Source: the human T2T-CHM13v2.0 reference genome, Homo sapiens. From it: a DNA stretch of 64,000 nt. Position numbers and translations under genes: made by a program. Where the stretch lies: NCBI RefSeq assembly GCF_009914755.1, contig NC_060942.1. One strand, 5' to 3'. Shown one piece after another: positions 37,601 through 50,100 of this stretch. How positions within the stretch are numbered: the first letter of the stretch is position 1; each line of letters starts with the position of its first letter. The notes below the pieces were generated by a model. The model saw only the letters and a list, made by a program, of their open reading frames with translations. It was not told where the DNA came from and did not search any database.

Positions 37601-40600
37601 TGTGATGTGTGCCCTCTACTGACAGAGTTGAACCTTTCTTTTCATAGAGCAGTTTTGAAACACTCTTTTTGTAGAATCTGCAAGAGGATATTTGCATAGC
37701 TTTGAGGATTTCGTGGGAAACGGGATTGTCTTCAGGTAAAATCTAGACAGAAGCATTCTCAGAAACTTCTTTGGGATGTTTGCATTCAAGTCACAGAGTA
37801 GAACATTCCCTTTGGTAGAGCAGGTTTGAAACCCTCTTTTTGTAGTATCTGGAAGTGGACATTTGGAGCGCTTTCAGGCCCATGTTGGAAAGGGAAATAT
37901 CTTCCCGTAACAACTAGGCAGAAGCATTCTCAGAAACTTATTTGAGATGTGTGTACTCAACTAAGAGAATTGAACCACCGTTTTGAAGGAGCAGTTTTGA
38001 AACACTCTTTTTCTGGAATCTGCTAGAGGATATTTGCCTAGCCTTGAGGATTTCGTTGGAAACGGGATTGTCTTCAGATCAAATCTAGACAGAAGCATTC
38101 TCAGAAACTTCTTTGGGATGTCTGCATTCAACTCACAGAGTAGAACATTCCCTTTGGTAGAGCAGGTTTGAAACACTCTTTTTTTCGTATATGGAAGTGG
38201 ACATTTGGAGCGCTTTCAGGCCTACGTTGGAAAAGGAAATATCTTCCCATAACAACTAGACAGAAGCATTCTCAGAAACTAGTTTCTGATGTGTGTCCTC
38301 AACTAACACAGTTGAACTTTTCTTTAGACAGAACAGTTTTGAAACACTCTTTTTGTGGAATCTGCAAGTGGATATTTGGCTAGATTTGAGGATTTCGTTG
38401 GAAACGGGATTACATATAAAAAGCAGACAGCAGCATTCTCACAAAGTTCTTTGTGATGATTGCATTCAAGTCACAGAATTGAACATTCCCTTTCACAGAG
38501 CAGGTTTGAAACACTCTTTTTGTAGTGTGTGTAAGTGGACATTTGGAGCGCTTTCCGGCCTAAGGTGAAAAAGGAAATATCTTCCCATAAAAACTAGACA
38601 GAAGCATTCTCAGAAACTTACTCGTGATGTGTGTCCTCAACTAAAGGAGTAGAACCTTTCTATTCGTAGAGAAGTTTTGAAATGCTCTTTTTGTGGAATC
38701 TCCAAGTGGATATTTGGCTAGTTTTGAGGATTTCGTTGGAAGCGGGAATTCATACAAATTGCAGACTGCAGCGTTCTGAGAAACATCTTTGTGATGTTTG
38801 TATTCAGGACACAGAGAGGAACATTCCCTATCATAGAGCAGGTTGGAATCACTCCTTTTGTAGTATCTGGAAGTGGACATTTGGAGCGCTTTCAGGCCTA
38901 TGTTGAAAAAGGAAATATCTTCCCATAACAACTAGACACAAGCATTCTCAGAAACTTGTTTGTGATGTGTGCCCTCTACTGACAGAGTTGAACCTTTCTT
39001 TTCATAGAGCAGTTTTGAAACACTCTTTTTGTAGAATCTGCAAGAGGATATTTGCATAGCTTTGAGGATTTCGTGGGAAACGGGATTGTCTTCAGGTAAA
39101 ATCTAGACAGAAGCATTCTCAGAAACTTCTTTGGGATGTTTACATTCAAGTCACAGAGTAGAACATTCCCTTTGGTAGAGCAGGTTTGAAACCCTCTTTT
39201 TGTAGTATCTGGAAGTGGACATTTGGAGCGCTTTCTGGCCCATGTTGCAAAGGGAAATATCTTCCCGTAACAACTAGGCAGAAGCATTCTCAGAAACTTA
39301 TTTGAGATGTGTGTACTCAACTAAGAGAATTGAACCACCGTTTTGAAGGAGCAGTTTTGAAACACTCTTTTTCTGGAATCTGCAAGAGGATATTTGCCTA
39401 GCCTTGAGGATTTCGTTGGAAACGGGATTGTCTTCAGATCAAATCTAGACAGAAGCATTCTCAGAAACTTCTTTGGGATGTTTGCATTCAAGTCACAGAA
39501 TAGAACATTCCCTTTGGTAGAGCAGGTTTGAAACACTCTTTTTTTAGTATATGGAAGTGGACATTTGGAGCACTTTCAGGCCTACGTTGGAAAAGGAAAT
39601 ATCTTCCCATAACAACTAGACAGAAGCATTCTCAGAAACTAGTTTCTGATGTGTGTCCTCAACTAACACAGTTGAACTTTTCTTTAGACAGAACAGTTTT
39701 GAAACACTCTTTTTGTGGAATCTGCAAGTGGCTATTTGGCTAGATTTGAGGATTTCGTTGGAAACGGGATTACATATAAAAAGCAGACAGCAGCATTCTC
39801 AGAAAGTTCTTTGTGATGACTGCATTCAAGTCACAGAATTGAACATTCCCTTTCACAGAGCAGGTTTGAAACACTCTTTTTGTAGTGTGTGTAAGTGGAC
39901 ATTTGGAGCGCTTTCCGACCTAAGGTGAAAAAGGAAATATCTTCCCATAAAAACTAGACAGAAGCATTCTCAGAAACTTACTCGTGATGTGTGTCCTCAA
40001 CTAAAGGAGTAGAACCTTTCTATTCATAGAGAAGTTTTGAAACGCTCTTTTTGTGGAATCTGCAAGTGGATATTTGGCTAGTTTTGAGGATTTCGTTGGA
40101 AGCGGGAATTCATACAAATTGCAGACTGCAGCGTTATGAGAAACATCTTTGTGATGTTTGTATTCAGGACACAGAGATGAACATTCCCTATCATAGAGCA
40201 GGTTGGAATCACTCCTTTTGTAGTATCTGGAAGTGGACATTTGGAGCGCTTTCAGGCCTATGTTGAAAAAGGAAATATCTTCCCATAACAACTAGACACA
40301 AGCATTCTCAGAAACTTGTTTGTGATGTGTACCCTGTACTGACAGAGTTGAACCTTTCTTTTCATAGAGCAGTTTTGAAACACTCTTTTTGTAGAATCTG
40401 CAAGAGGATATTTGCATAGCTTTGAGGATTTCGTGGGAAACGGGATTGTCTTCAGGTAAAATCTAGACAGAAGCATTCTCAGAAACTTCTTTGGGATGTT
40501 TGCATTCAAGTCACAGAGTAGAACATTCCCTTTGGTAGAGCAGGTTTGAAACACTCTTTTTGTAGTATCTGGAAGTGGACATTTGGAGCGCTTTCAGGCC

Positions 40601-43600
40601 CATGTTGGAAAGGGAAATATCTTCCCGTATCAACTAGGCAGAAGCATTCTCTGAAACTTATTTGAGATGTGTGTACTCAACTAAGAGAATTGAACCACCG
40701 TTTTGAAGGAGCAGTTTTGAAACACTCTTTTTCTGGAATCTGCTAGAGGATATTTGCCTAGCTTTGAGGATTTCGTTGGAAACCGGATTGTCTTTAGATA
40801 AAATCTAGACAGAAGCATTCTCAGAAACTTCTTTGGGACGTTTGTATTCAAGTCACAGAGTAGAACATTCCCTTTGGTAGAGCAGGTTTGAAACACTCTT
40901 TTTTTAGTATATGGAAATGGACATTTGGAGCGCTTTCAGGCCTACGTTGGAAAAGGAAATATCTTCCCATAACAACTAGACAGAAGCATTCTCAGAAACT
41001 AGTTTCTGATGTGTGTCCTCAACTAACACAGTTGAACTTTTCTTTAGACAGAACAGTTTTGAAACACTCTTTTTGTGGAATCTGCAAGTGGATATTTGGC
41101 TAGATTTGAGGATTTCGTTGGAAACGGGATTACATATAAAAAGCAGACAGCAGCATTCTCAGAAAGTTCTTTGTGATGATTGCATTCAAGTCACAGAATT
41201 GAACATTCCCTTTCACAGAGCAGGTTTGAAACACTCTTTTTGTAGTGTGTGTAAGTGGACATTTGGAGCACTTTCCGGCCTAAGGTGAAAAAGGAAATAT
41301 CTTCCCATAAAAACTAGACAGAAGCATTCTCAGAAACTTACTCGTGATGTGTGTCCTCAACTAAAGGAGTAGAACCTTTCTATTCATAGAGAAGGTTTGA
41401 AACGCTCTTTTTGTGGAATCTCCAAGTGGATATTTGGCTAGTTTTGAGGATTTCGTTGGATGCGGGAATTCATACAAATTGCAGACTGCAGCGTTCTGAG
41501 AAACATCTTTGTGATGTTTGTATTCAGGACACAGAGATGAACATTCCCTATCATAGAGCAGGTTGGAATCACTCCTTTTGTAGTATCTGGAAGTGGACAT
41601 TTGGAGCGCTTTCAGGCCTGTGTTGAAAAAGGAAATATCTTCCCATAACAACTAGACACAAGCATTCTCAGAAACTTGTTTGTGATGTGTGCCCTCTGCT
41701 GACAGAGTTGAACCTTTCTTTTCATAGAGCAGTTTTGAAACACTCTTTTTGTAGAATCTGCAAGAGGATATTTGCATAGCTTTGAGGATTTCGTGGGAAA
41801 CGGGATTGTGTTCAGGTAAAATCTAGACAGAAGCATTCTCAGAAACTTCTTTGGGATGTTTGCATTCAAGTCACAGAGTAGAACATTCCCTTTGGTAGAG
41901 CAGGTTTGAAACCCTCTTTTTGTAGTATCTGGAAGTGGACATTTGGAGCGCTGTCAGGCCCATGTTGGAAAGGGAAATATCTTCCCGTAACAACTAGGTA
42001 GAAGCATTCTCAGAAACTTATTTGAGATGTGTGTACTCAACTAAGAGAATTGAACCACCGTTTTGAAGGAGCAGTTTTGAAACACTCTTTTTCTGGAATC
42101 TGCAAGAGTATATTTGCCTAGCCTTGAAGATTTCGTTGGAAACGGGATTGTCTTCAGATAAAATCTAGACAGAAGCATTCTCAGAAACTTCTTTGGGATG
42201 TTTGCATTCAAGTCACAGAGTAGAACATTCCCTTTGGTAGAGCAGGTTTGAAACACTCTTTTTTTAGTATATGGAAGTGGACATTTGGAGCGCTTTCAGG
42301 CCTACGTTGGAAAAGGAAATATCTTCCCATAACAACTAGACAGAAGCATTCTCAGAAACTAGTTTCTGATGTGTGTCCTCAACTAACACAGTTGAACTTT
42401 TCTTTAGACAGAACAGTTTTGAAACACTCTTTTTGTGGAATCTGCAAGTGGATATTTGGCTAGATTTGAGGATTTCGTTGGAAACGGTATTACATATAAA
42501 AAGCAGACAGCAGCATTCTCAGAAAGTTCTTTGTGATGATTGCATTCAAGTCACAGAATTGAACATTCCCCTTCACAGAGCAGGGTTGAAACCCTCTTTT
42601 TGTAGTGTGTGTAAGTGGACATTTGGAGCGCTTTCCGGCCTAAGGTGAAAAAGGAAATATCTTCCCATAAAAACTAGACAGAAGCATTCTCAGAAACTTA
42701 CTCGTGATGTGTGTCCTCAACTAAAGGAGTAGAACCTTTCTATTCATAGAGAAGTTTTCAAACGCTCTTTTTGTGGAATCTCCAAGTGGATATTTGGCTA
42801 GTTTTGAGGATTTCGTTGGAAGCAGGAATTCATACAAATTGCAGACTGCAGCGTTATGAGAAACATCTTTGTGATGTTTGTATTCAGGACACAGAGATGA
42901 ACATTCCCTATCATAGAGCAGGTTGGAATCACTCCTTTTGTAGTATCTGGAAGTGGACATTTGGAGCGCTTTCAGGCCTATGTTGAAAAAGGAAATATCT
43001 TCCCATAACAACTAGACACAAGCATTCTCAGAAACTTGTTTGTGATGTGTGCCCTCTACTGACAGAGTTGAACCTTTCTTTTCATAGAGCAGTTTTGAAA
43101 CACTCTTTTTGTAGAATCTGCAAGAGGATATTTGCATAGCTTTGAGGATTTCGTGGGAAACGGGATTGTCTTCAGGTAAAATCTAGACAGAAGCATTCTC
43201 AGAAACTTCTTTGGGATGTTTGCATTCAAGTCACAGAGTAGAATATTCCCTTTGGTAGAGCAGGTTTGAAACCCTCTTTTTGTAGTATCTGGAAGTGGAC
43301 ATTTGGAGCGCTGTCAGGCCCATGTTGGAAAGGGAAATATCTTCCCGTAACAACTAGGCAGAAGCATTCTCAGAAACTTATTTGAGATGTGTGTACTCAA
43401 CTAAGAGAATTGAACCACCGTTTTGAAGGAGCAGTTTTGAAACACTCTTTTTCTGGAATCTGCAAGAGTATATTTGCCTAGCCTTGAGGATTTCGTTGGA
43501 AACGGGATTGTCTTCAGATAAAATGTAGACAGAAGCATTCTCAGAAACTTCTTTGGGATGTTTGCATTCAAGTCACAGAGTAGAACATTCCCTTTGGTAG

Positions 43601-46600
43601 AGCAGGTTTGAAACACTCTTTTTTTATTATATGGAAGTGGACATTTGGAGCGCTTTCAGGCCTACGTTGGAAAAGGAAATATTTTCCCATAACAACTAGA
43701 CAGAAGCATTCTCAGAAACTAGTTTCTGATGTGTGTCCTCAACTAACACAGTTGAACTTTTCTTTAGACAGAACAGTTTGGAAACACTCTTTTTGTGGAA
43801 TCTGCAAGTGGATATTTGGCTAGATTTGAGGATTTCGTTGGAAACGGGATTACATATAAAAAGCAGACTGCAGCATTCTCAGAAAGTTCTTTGTGATGAT
43901 TGCATTCAAGTCACAGAATTGAACATTCGCTTTCACAGAGCAGGTTTGAAACACTCTTTTTGTAGTGTGTGTAAGTGGACATTTGGAGCGCTTTCCGGCC
44001 TAAGGTGAAAAAGGAAATATCTTCCCATAAAAACTAGACAGAAGCATTCTCAGAAACTTACTCGTGATGTGTGTCCTCAACTAAAGGAGTAGAACCTTTC
44101 TATTCATAGAGAAGTTTTGAAACGCTCATTTTGTGGAATCTCCAAGTGGATATTTGGCTAGTTTTGAGGATTTCGTTGGAAGCGGGAATTCATACAAATT
44201 GCAGACTGCAGCGTTCTGAGAAACATCTTTGTGATGTTTGTATTCAGGACACAGAGATGAACATTCCCTATCATAGAGCAGGTTGGAATCACTCCTTTTG
44301 TAGTATCTGGAAGTGGACATTTGGAGCGCTTTCAGGCCTATGTTGAAAAAGGAAATATGTTCCCATAACAACTAGACACAAGCATTCTCAGAAACTTGTT
44401 TGTGATGTGTGCCCTCTACTGACAGAGTTGAACCTTTCTTTTCATAGAGCAGTTTTGAAACACTCTTTTTGTAGAATCTGCAAGAGGATATTTGCATAGC
44501 TTTGAGGATTTCGTGGGAAACGGGATTGTCTTCAGGTAAAATCTAGACAGAAGCATTCTCAGAAACTTCTTTGGGATGTTTGCATTCAAGTCACAGAGTA
44601 GAACATTCCCTTTGGTAGAGCAGGTTTGAAACCCTCTTTTTGTAGTATCTGGAAGTGGACATTTGGAGCGCTTTCAGGCCCATGTTGGAAAGGGAAATAT
44701 CTTCCCGTAACAACTAGGCAGAAGCATTCTCAGAAACTTATTTGAGATGTGTGTACTCAACTAAGAGAATTGAACCACCGTTTTGAAGGAGCAGTTTTGA
44801 AACACTCTTTTTCTGGAATCTGCTAGAGGATATTTGCCTAGCCTTGAGGATTTCGTTGGAAACGGGATTGTCTTCAGATCAAATCTAGACAGAAGCATTC
44901 TCAGAAACTTCTTTGGGATGTCTGCATTCAACTCACAGAGTAGAACATTCCCTTTGGTAGAGCAGGTTTGAAACACTCTTTTTTTCGTATATGGAAGTGG
45001 ACATTTGGAGCGCTTTCAGGCCTACGTTGGAAAAGGAAATATCTTCCCATAACAACTAGACAGAAGCATTCTCAGAAACTAGTTTCTGATGTGTGTCCTC
45101 AACTAACACAGTTGAACTTTTCTTTAGACAGAACAGTTTTGAAACACTCTTTTTGTGGAATCTGCAAGTGGATATTTGGCTAGATTTGAGGATTTCGTTG
45201 GAAACGGGATTACATATAAAAAGCAGACAGCAGCATTCTCAGAAAGATCTTTGTGATGATTGCATTCAAGTCACAGAATTGAACATTCCCTTTCACAGAG
45301 CAGGTTTGAAACACTCTTTTTGTAGTGTGTGTAAGTGGACATTTGGAGCGCTTTCCGGCCTAAGGTGAAAAAGGAAATATCTTCCCATAAAAACTAGACA
45401 GAAGCATTCTCAGAAACTTACTCGTGATGTGTGTCCTCAACTAAAGGAGTAGAACCTTTCTATTCGTAGAGAAGTTTTGAAATGCTCTTTTTGTGGAATC
45501 TCCAAGTGGATATTTGGCTAGTTTTGAGGATTTCGTTGGAAGCGGGAATTCATACAAATTGCAGACTGCAGCGTTCTGAGAAACATCTTTGTGATGTTTG
45601 TATTCAGGACACAGAGAGGAACATTCCCTATCATAGAGCAGGTTGGAATCACTCCTTTTGTAGTATCTGGAAGTGGACATTTGGAGCGCTTTCAGGCCTA
45701 TGTTGAAAAAGGAAATATCTTCCCATAACAACTAGACACAAGCATTCTCAGAAACTTGTTTGTGATGTGTGCCCTCTACTGACAGAGTTGAACCTTTCTT
45801 TTCATAGAGCAGTTTTGAAACACTCTTTTTGTAGAATCTGCAAGAGGATATTTGCATAGCTTTGAGGATTTCGTGGGAAACGGGATTGTCTTCAGGTAAA
45901 ATCTAGACAGAAGCATTCTCAGAAACTTCTTTGGGATGTTTACATTCAAGTCACAGAGTAGAACATTCCCTTTGGTAGAGCAGGTTTGAAACCCTCTTTT
46001 TGTAGTATCTGGAAGTGGACATTTGGAGCGCTTTCTGGCCCATGTTGCAAAGGGAAATATCTTCCCGTAACAACTAGGCAGAAGCATTCTCAGAAACTTA
46101 TTTGAGATGTGTGTACTCAACTAAGAGAATTGAACCACCGTTTTGAAGGAGCAGTTTTGAAACACTCTTTTTCTGGAATCTGCAAGAGGATATTTGCCTA
46201 GCCTTGAGGATTTCGTTGGAAACGGGATTGTCTTCAGATCAAATCTAGACAGAAGCATTCTCAGAAACTTCTTTGGGATGTTTGCATTCAAGTCACAGAG
46301 TAGAACATTCCCTTTGGTAGAGCAGGTTTGAAACACTCTTTTTTTAGTATATGGAAGTGGACATTTGGAGCACTTTCAGGCCTACGTTGGAAAAGGAAAT
46401 ATCTTCCCATAACAACTAGACAGAAGCATTCTCAGAAACTAGTTTCTGATGTGTGTCCTCAACTAACACAGTTGAACTTTTCTTTAGACAGAACAGTTTT
46501 GAAACACTCTTTTTGTGGAATCTGCAAGTGGCTATTTGGCTAGATTTGAGGATTTCGTTGGAAACGGGATTACATATAAAAAGCAGACAGCAGCATTCTC

Positions 46601-47102
46601 AGAAAGTTCTTTGTGATGACTGCATTCAAGTCACAGAATTGAACATTCCCTTTCACAGAGCAGGTTTGAAACACTCTTTTTGTAGTGTGTGTAAGTGGAC
46701 ATTTGGAGCGCTTTCCGGCCTAAGGTGAAAAAGGAAATATCTTCCCATAAAAACTAGACAGAAGCATTCTCAGAAACTTACTCGTGATGTGTGTCCTCAA
46801 CTAAAGGAGTAGAACCTTTCTATTCATAGAGAAGTTTTGAAACGCTCTTTTTGTGGAATCTGCAAGTGGATATTTGGCTAGTTTTGAGGATTTCGTTGGA
46901 AGCGGGAATTCATACAAATTGCAGACTGCAGCGTTCTGAGAAACATCTTTGTGATGTTTGTATTCAGGACACAGAGATGAACATTCCCTATCATAGAGCA
47001 GGTTGGAATCACTCCTTTTGTAGTATCTGGAAGTGGACATTTGGAGCGCTTTCAGGCCTATGTTGAAAAAGGAAATATCTTCCCATAACAACTAGACACA
47101 AG
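25685..47102 (+). repeat. 8-mer HOR block (15 x 1360 bp plus one 1018-bp 6-mer) with its own haplotype
   Basis: No E/F dimers. A starts run 25685..32485 and 34863..45743 in 1360 steps. Diagnostic alleles are 'gttgaacttttc', 'tctattcata', 'gagatgaac' and 'ggcccatg'. Confidence 0.95.
33845..34862 (+). repeat. 6-mer variant BCD (1018 bp) at an out-of-register duplication junction
   Basis: D is followed directly by B; ORF offset 33543->34561 is 1018. Confidence 0.92.
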
Positions 47103-50100
47103 CATTCTCAGAAACTTGTTTGTGATGTGTACCCTGTACTGACAGAGTTGAACCTTTCTTTTCATAGAGCAGTTTTGAAACACTCTTTTTGTAGAATCTG
47201 CAAGAGGATATTTGCATAGCTTTGAGGATTTCGTGGGAAACGGGATTGTCTTCAGGTAAAATCTAGACAGAAGCATTCTCAGAAACTTCTTTGGGATGTT
47301 TGCATTCAAGTCACAGAGTAGAACATTCCCTTTGGTAGAGCAGGTTTGAAACACTCTTTTTGTAGTATCTGGAAGTGGACATTTGGAGCGCTTTCAGGCC
47401 CATGTTGGAAAGGGAAATATCTTCCCGTAACAACTAGGCAGAAGCATTCTCAGAAACTTATTTGAGATGTGTGTACTCAACTAAGAGAATTGAACCACCG
47501 TTTTGAAGGAGCAGTTTTGAAACACTCTTTTTCTGGAATCTGCAAGAGTATATTTGCCTAGCCTTGAGGATTTCGTTGGAAACGGGATTGTATGCAGAGA
47601 AAATCTAGACAGAAGCATTCTCAGAAACTTCTTTGGGATGTTTGCATTCAAGTCACAGAGTAGAACATTCCCTTTGGTAGAGCAGGTTTGAAACACTCTT
47701 TTTTTAGTATATGGAAGTGGACATTTTGATCGCTTTCAGGCCTACGTTGGAAAAGGAAATATCTTCCCATAACAACTAGACAGAAGCATTCTCAGAAACT
47801 AGTTTCTGATGTGTGTCCTCAACTAACACAGTTGAACATTTCTATAGACAGAACAGTTTTGAAACACTCTTTTTGTGGAATCTGCAAGTGGCTATTTGGC
47901 TAGATTTGAGGATTTCGTTGGAAACGGGATTACATATAAAAAGCAGTCAGCAGCATTCTCAGAAAGTTCTTTGTGATGATTGCATTCAAGTCACAGAATT
48001 GAACATTCCCTTTCACAGAGCAGGTTTGAAACACTCTTTTTGTAGTGTGTGTAAGTGGACATTTGGAACCCTTACCGGCCTAAGGTGAAAAAGGAAATAT
48101 CTTCCCATAAAAACTAGACAGAAGCATTCTCAGAAACTTACTCGTGATGTGTGCCCTCAACTAAAGGAGTAGAACCTTTCTTTTCATAGAGAAGTTTTGA
48201 AACGCTCTTTTTGTGGAATCTGCAAGTGGATATTTGGCTAGTTTTGAGGATTTCGTTGGAAGCGGGAATTCATACAAATTGCAGACTGCAGCGTTCTGAG
48301 AAACATCTTTGTGATGTTTGTATTCAGGACACAGATTTGAACATTCCCTATCATAGAGCAGGTTTGAATCACTCCTTTTGTAGTATCTGGAAGTGGACAT
48401 TTGGAGCGCTTTCAGGCCTATGTTGGAAAAGGAAATATCTTCCCATAACAACTAGACAGAAGCATTCTCAGAAACTTATTTGAGATGTGTGTACTCAACT
48501 AAGAGAATTGAACCACCGTTTTGAAGGAGCAGTTTTGAAACACTCTTTTTCTGGAATCTGCAAGTGGATATTTGGCTAGCTTTGGGGATTTCGCTGGAAG
48601 CGGGAATACATATAAAAAGCACACAGCAGCGTTCTGAGAAACTGCTTTCTGATGTTTGCATTCAAGTCAAAAGTTGAACACTCCCTTTCATAGAGCAGTC
48701 TTGAAACACCCCTTTTGTAGTATCTGGAACTGGACTTTTGGAGCGATTTCAGGGCTAAGGTGAAAAAGGAAATATCTTCCCATAAAAACTGGACAGAAGC
48801 ATTCTCAGAAACTTGTTTATGCTGTATCTACTCAACTAACAAAGTTGAACCTTTCTTTTGATAGAGCAGTTTTGAAATGGTCTTTTTGTGGAATCTGCAA
48901 GTGGATATTTGGCTAGTTTTGAGGATTTCGTTGGAAGCGGGAATTCATACAAATTGCAGACTGCAGCGTTCTGAGAAACATCTTTGTGATGTTTGTATTC
49001 AGGACACAGAGTTGAACATTCCCTATCATAGAGCAGGTTGGAATCACTCCTTTTGTAGTATCTGGAAGTGGACATTTGGAGCGCTTTCAGGCCTATTTTG
49101 GAAAGGGAAATATCTTCCCGTAACAACTATGCAGAAGCATTCTCAGAAACTTGTTTGTGATGTGTGCCCTCTACTGACAGAGTTGAACCTTTCTTTTCAT
49201 AGAGCAGTTTTGAAACACTCTTTTTGTAGAATCTGCAAGAGGATATTTGCATAGCTTTGAGGATTTCGTGGGAAACGGGATTGTCTTCAGGTAAAATCTA
49301 GACAGAAGCATTCTCAGAAACTTCTTTGGGATGTTTGCATTCAAGTCACAGAGTAGAACATTCCCTTTGGTAGAGCAGGTTTGAAACACTCTTTTTGTAG
49401 TATCTGGAAGTGGACATTTGGAGCGCTTTCAGGCCCATGTTGGAAAAGGAAATATCTTCCCGTAACAACTAGGCAGAAGCATTCTCAGAAACTTATTTGA
49501 GATGTGTGTACTCAACTAAGAGAATTGAACCACCGTTTTGAAGGAGCAGTTTTGAAACACTCTTTTTCTGGAATCTGCAAGAGTATATTTGCCTAGCCTT
49601 GAGGATTTCGTTGGAAACGGGATTGTCTTCAGAGAAAATCTAGACAGAAGCATTCTCAGAAACTTCTTTGGGATGTTTGCATTCAAGTCACAGAGTAGAA
49701 CATTCCCTTTGGTAGAGCAGGTTTGAAACACTCTTTTTTTAGTATATGGAAGTGGACATTTTGATCGCTTTCAGGCCTACGTTGGAAAAGGAAATATCTT
49801 CCCATAACAACTAGACAGAAGCATTCTCAGAAACTAGTTTCTGATGTGTGTCCTCAACTAACACAGTTGAACATTTCTTTAGACAGAACAGTTTTGAAAC
49901 ACTCTTTTTGTGGAATCTGCAAGTGGCTATTTGGCTAGATTTGAGGATTTCGTTGGAAACGGGATTACATATAAAAAGCAGTCAGCAGCATTCTCAGAAA
50001 GTTCTTTGTGATGATTGCATTCAAGTCACAGAATTGAACATTCCCTTTCACAGAGCAGGTTTGAAACACTCTTTTTGTAGTGTGTGTAAGTGGACATTTG

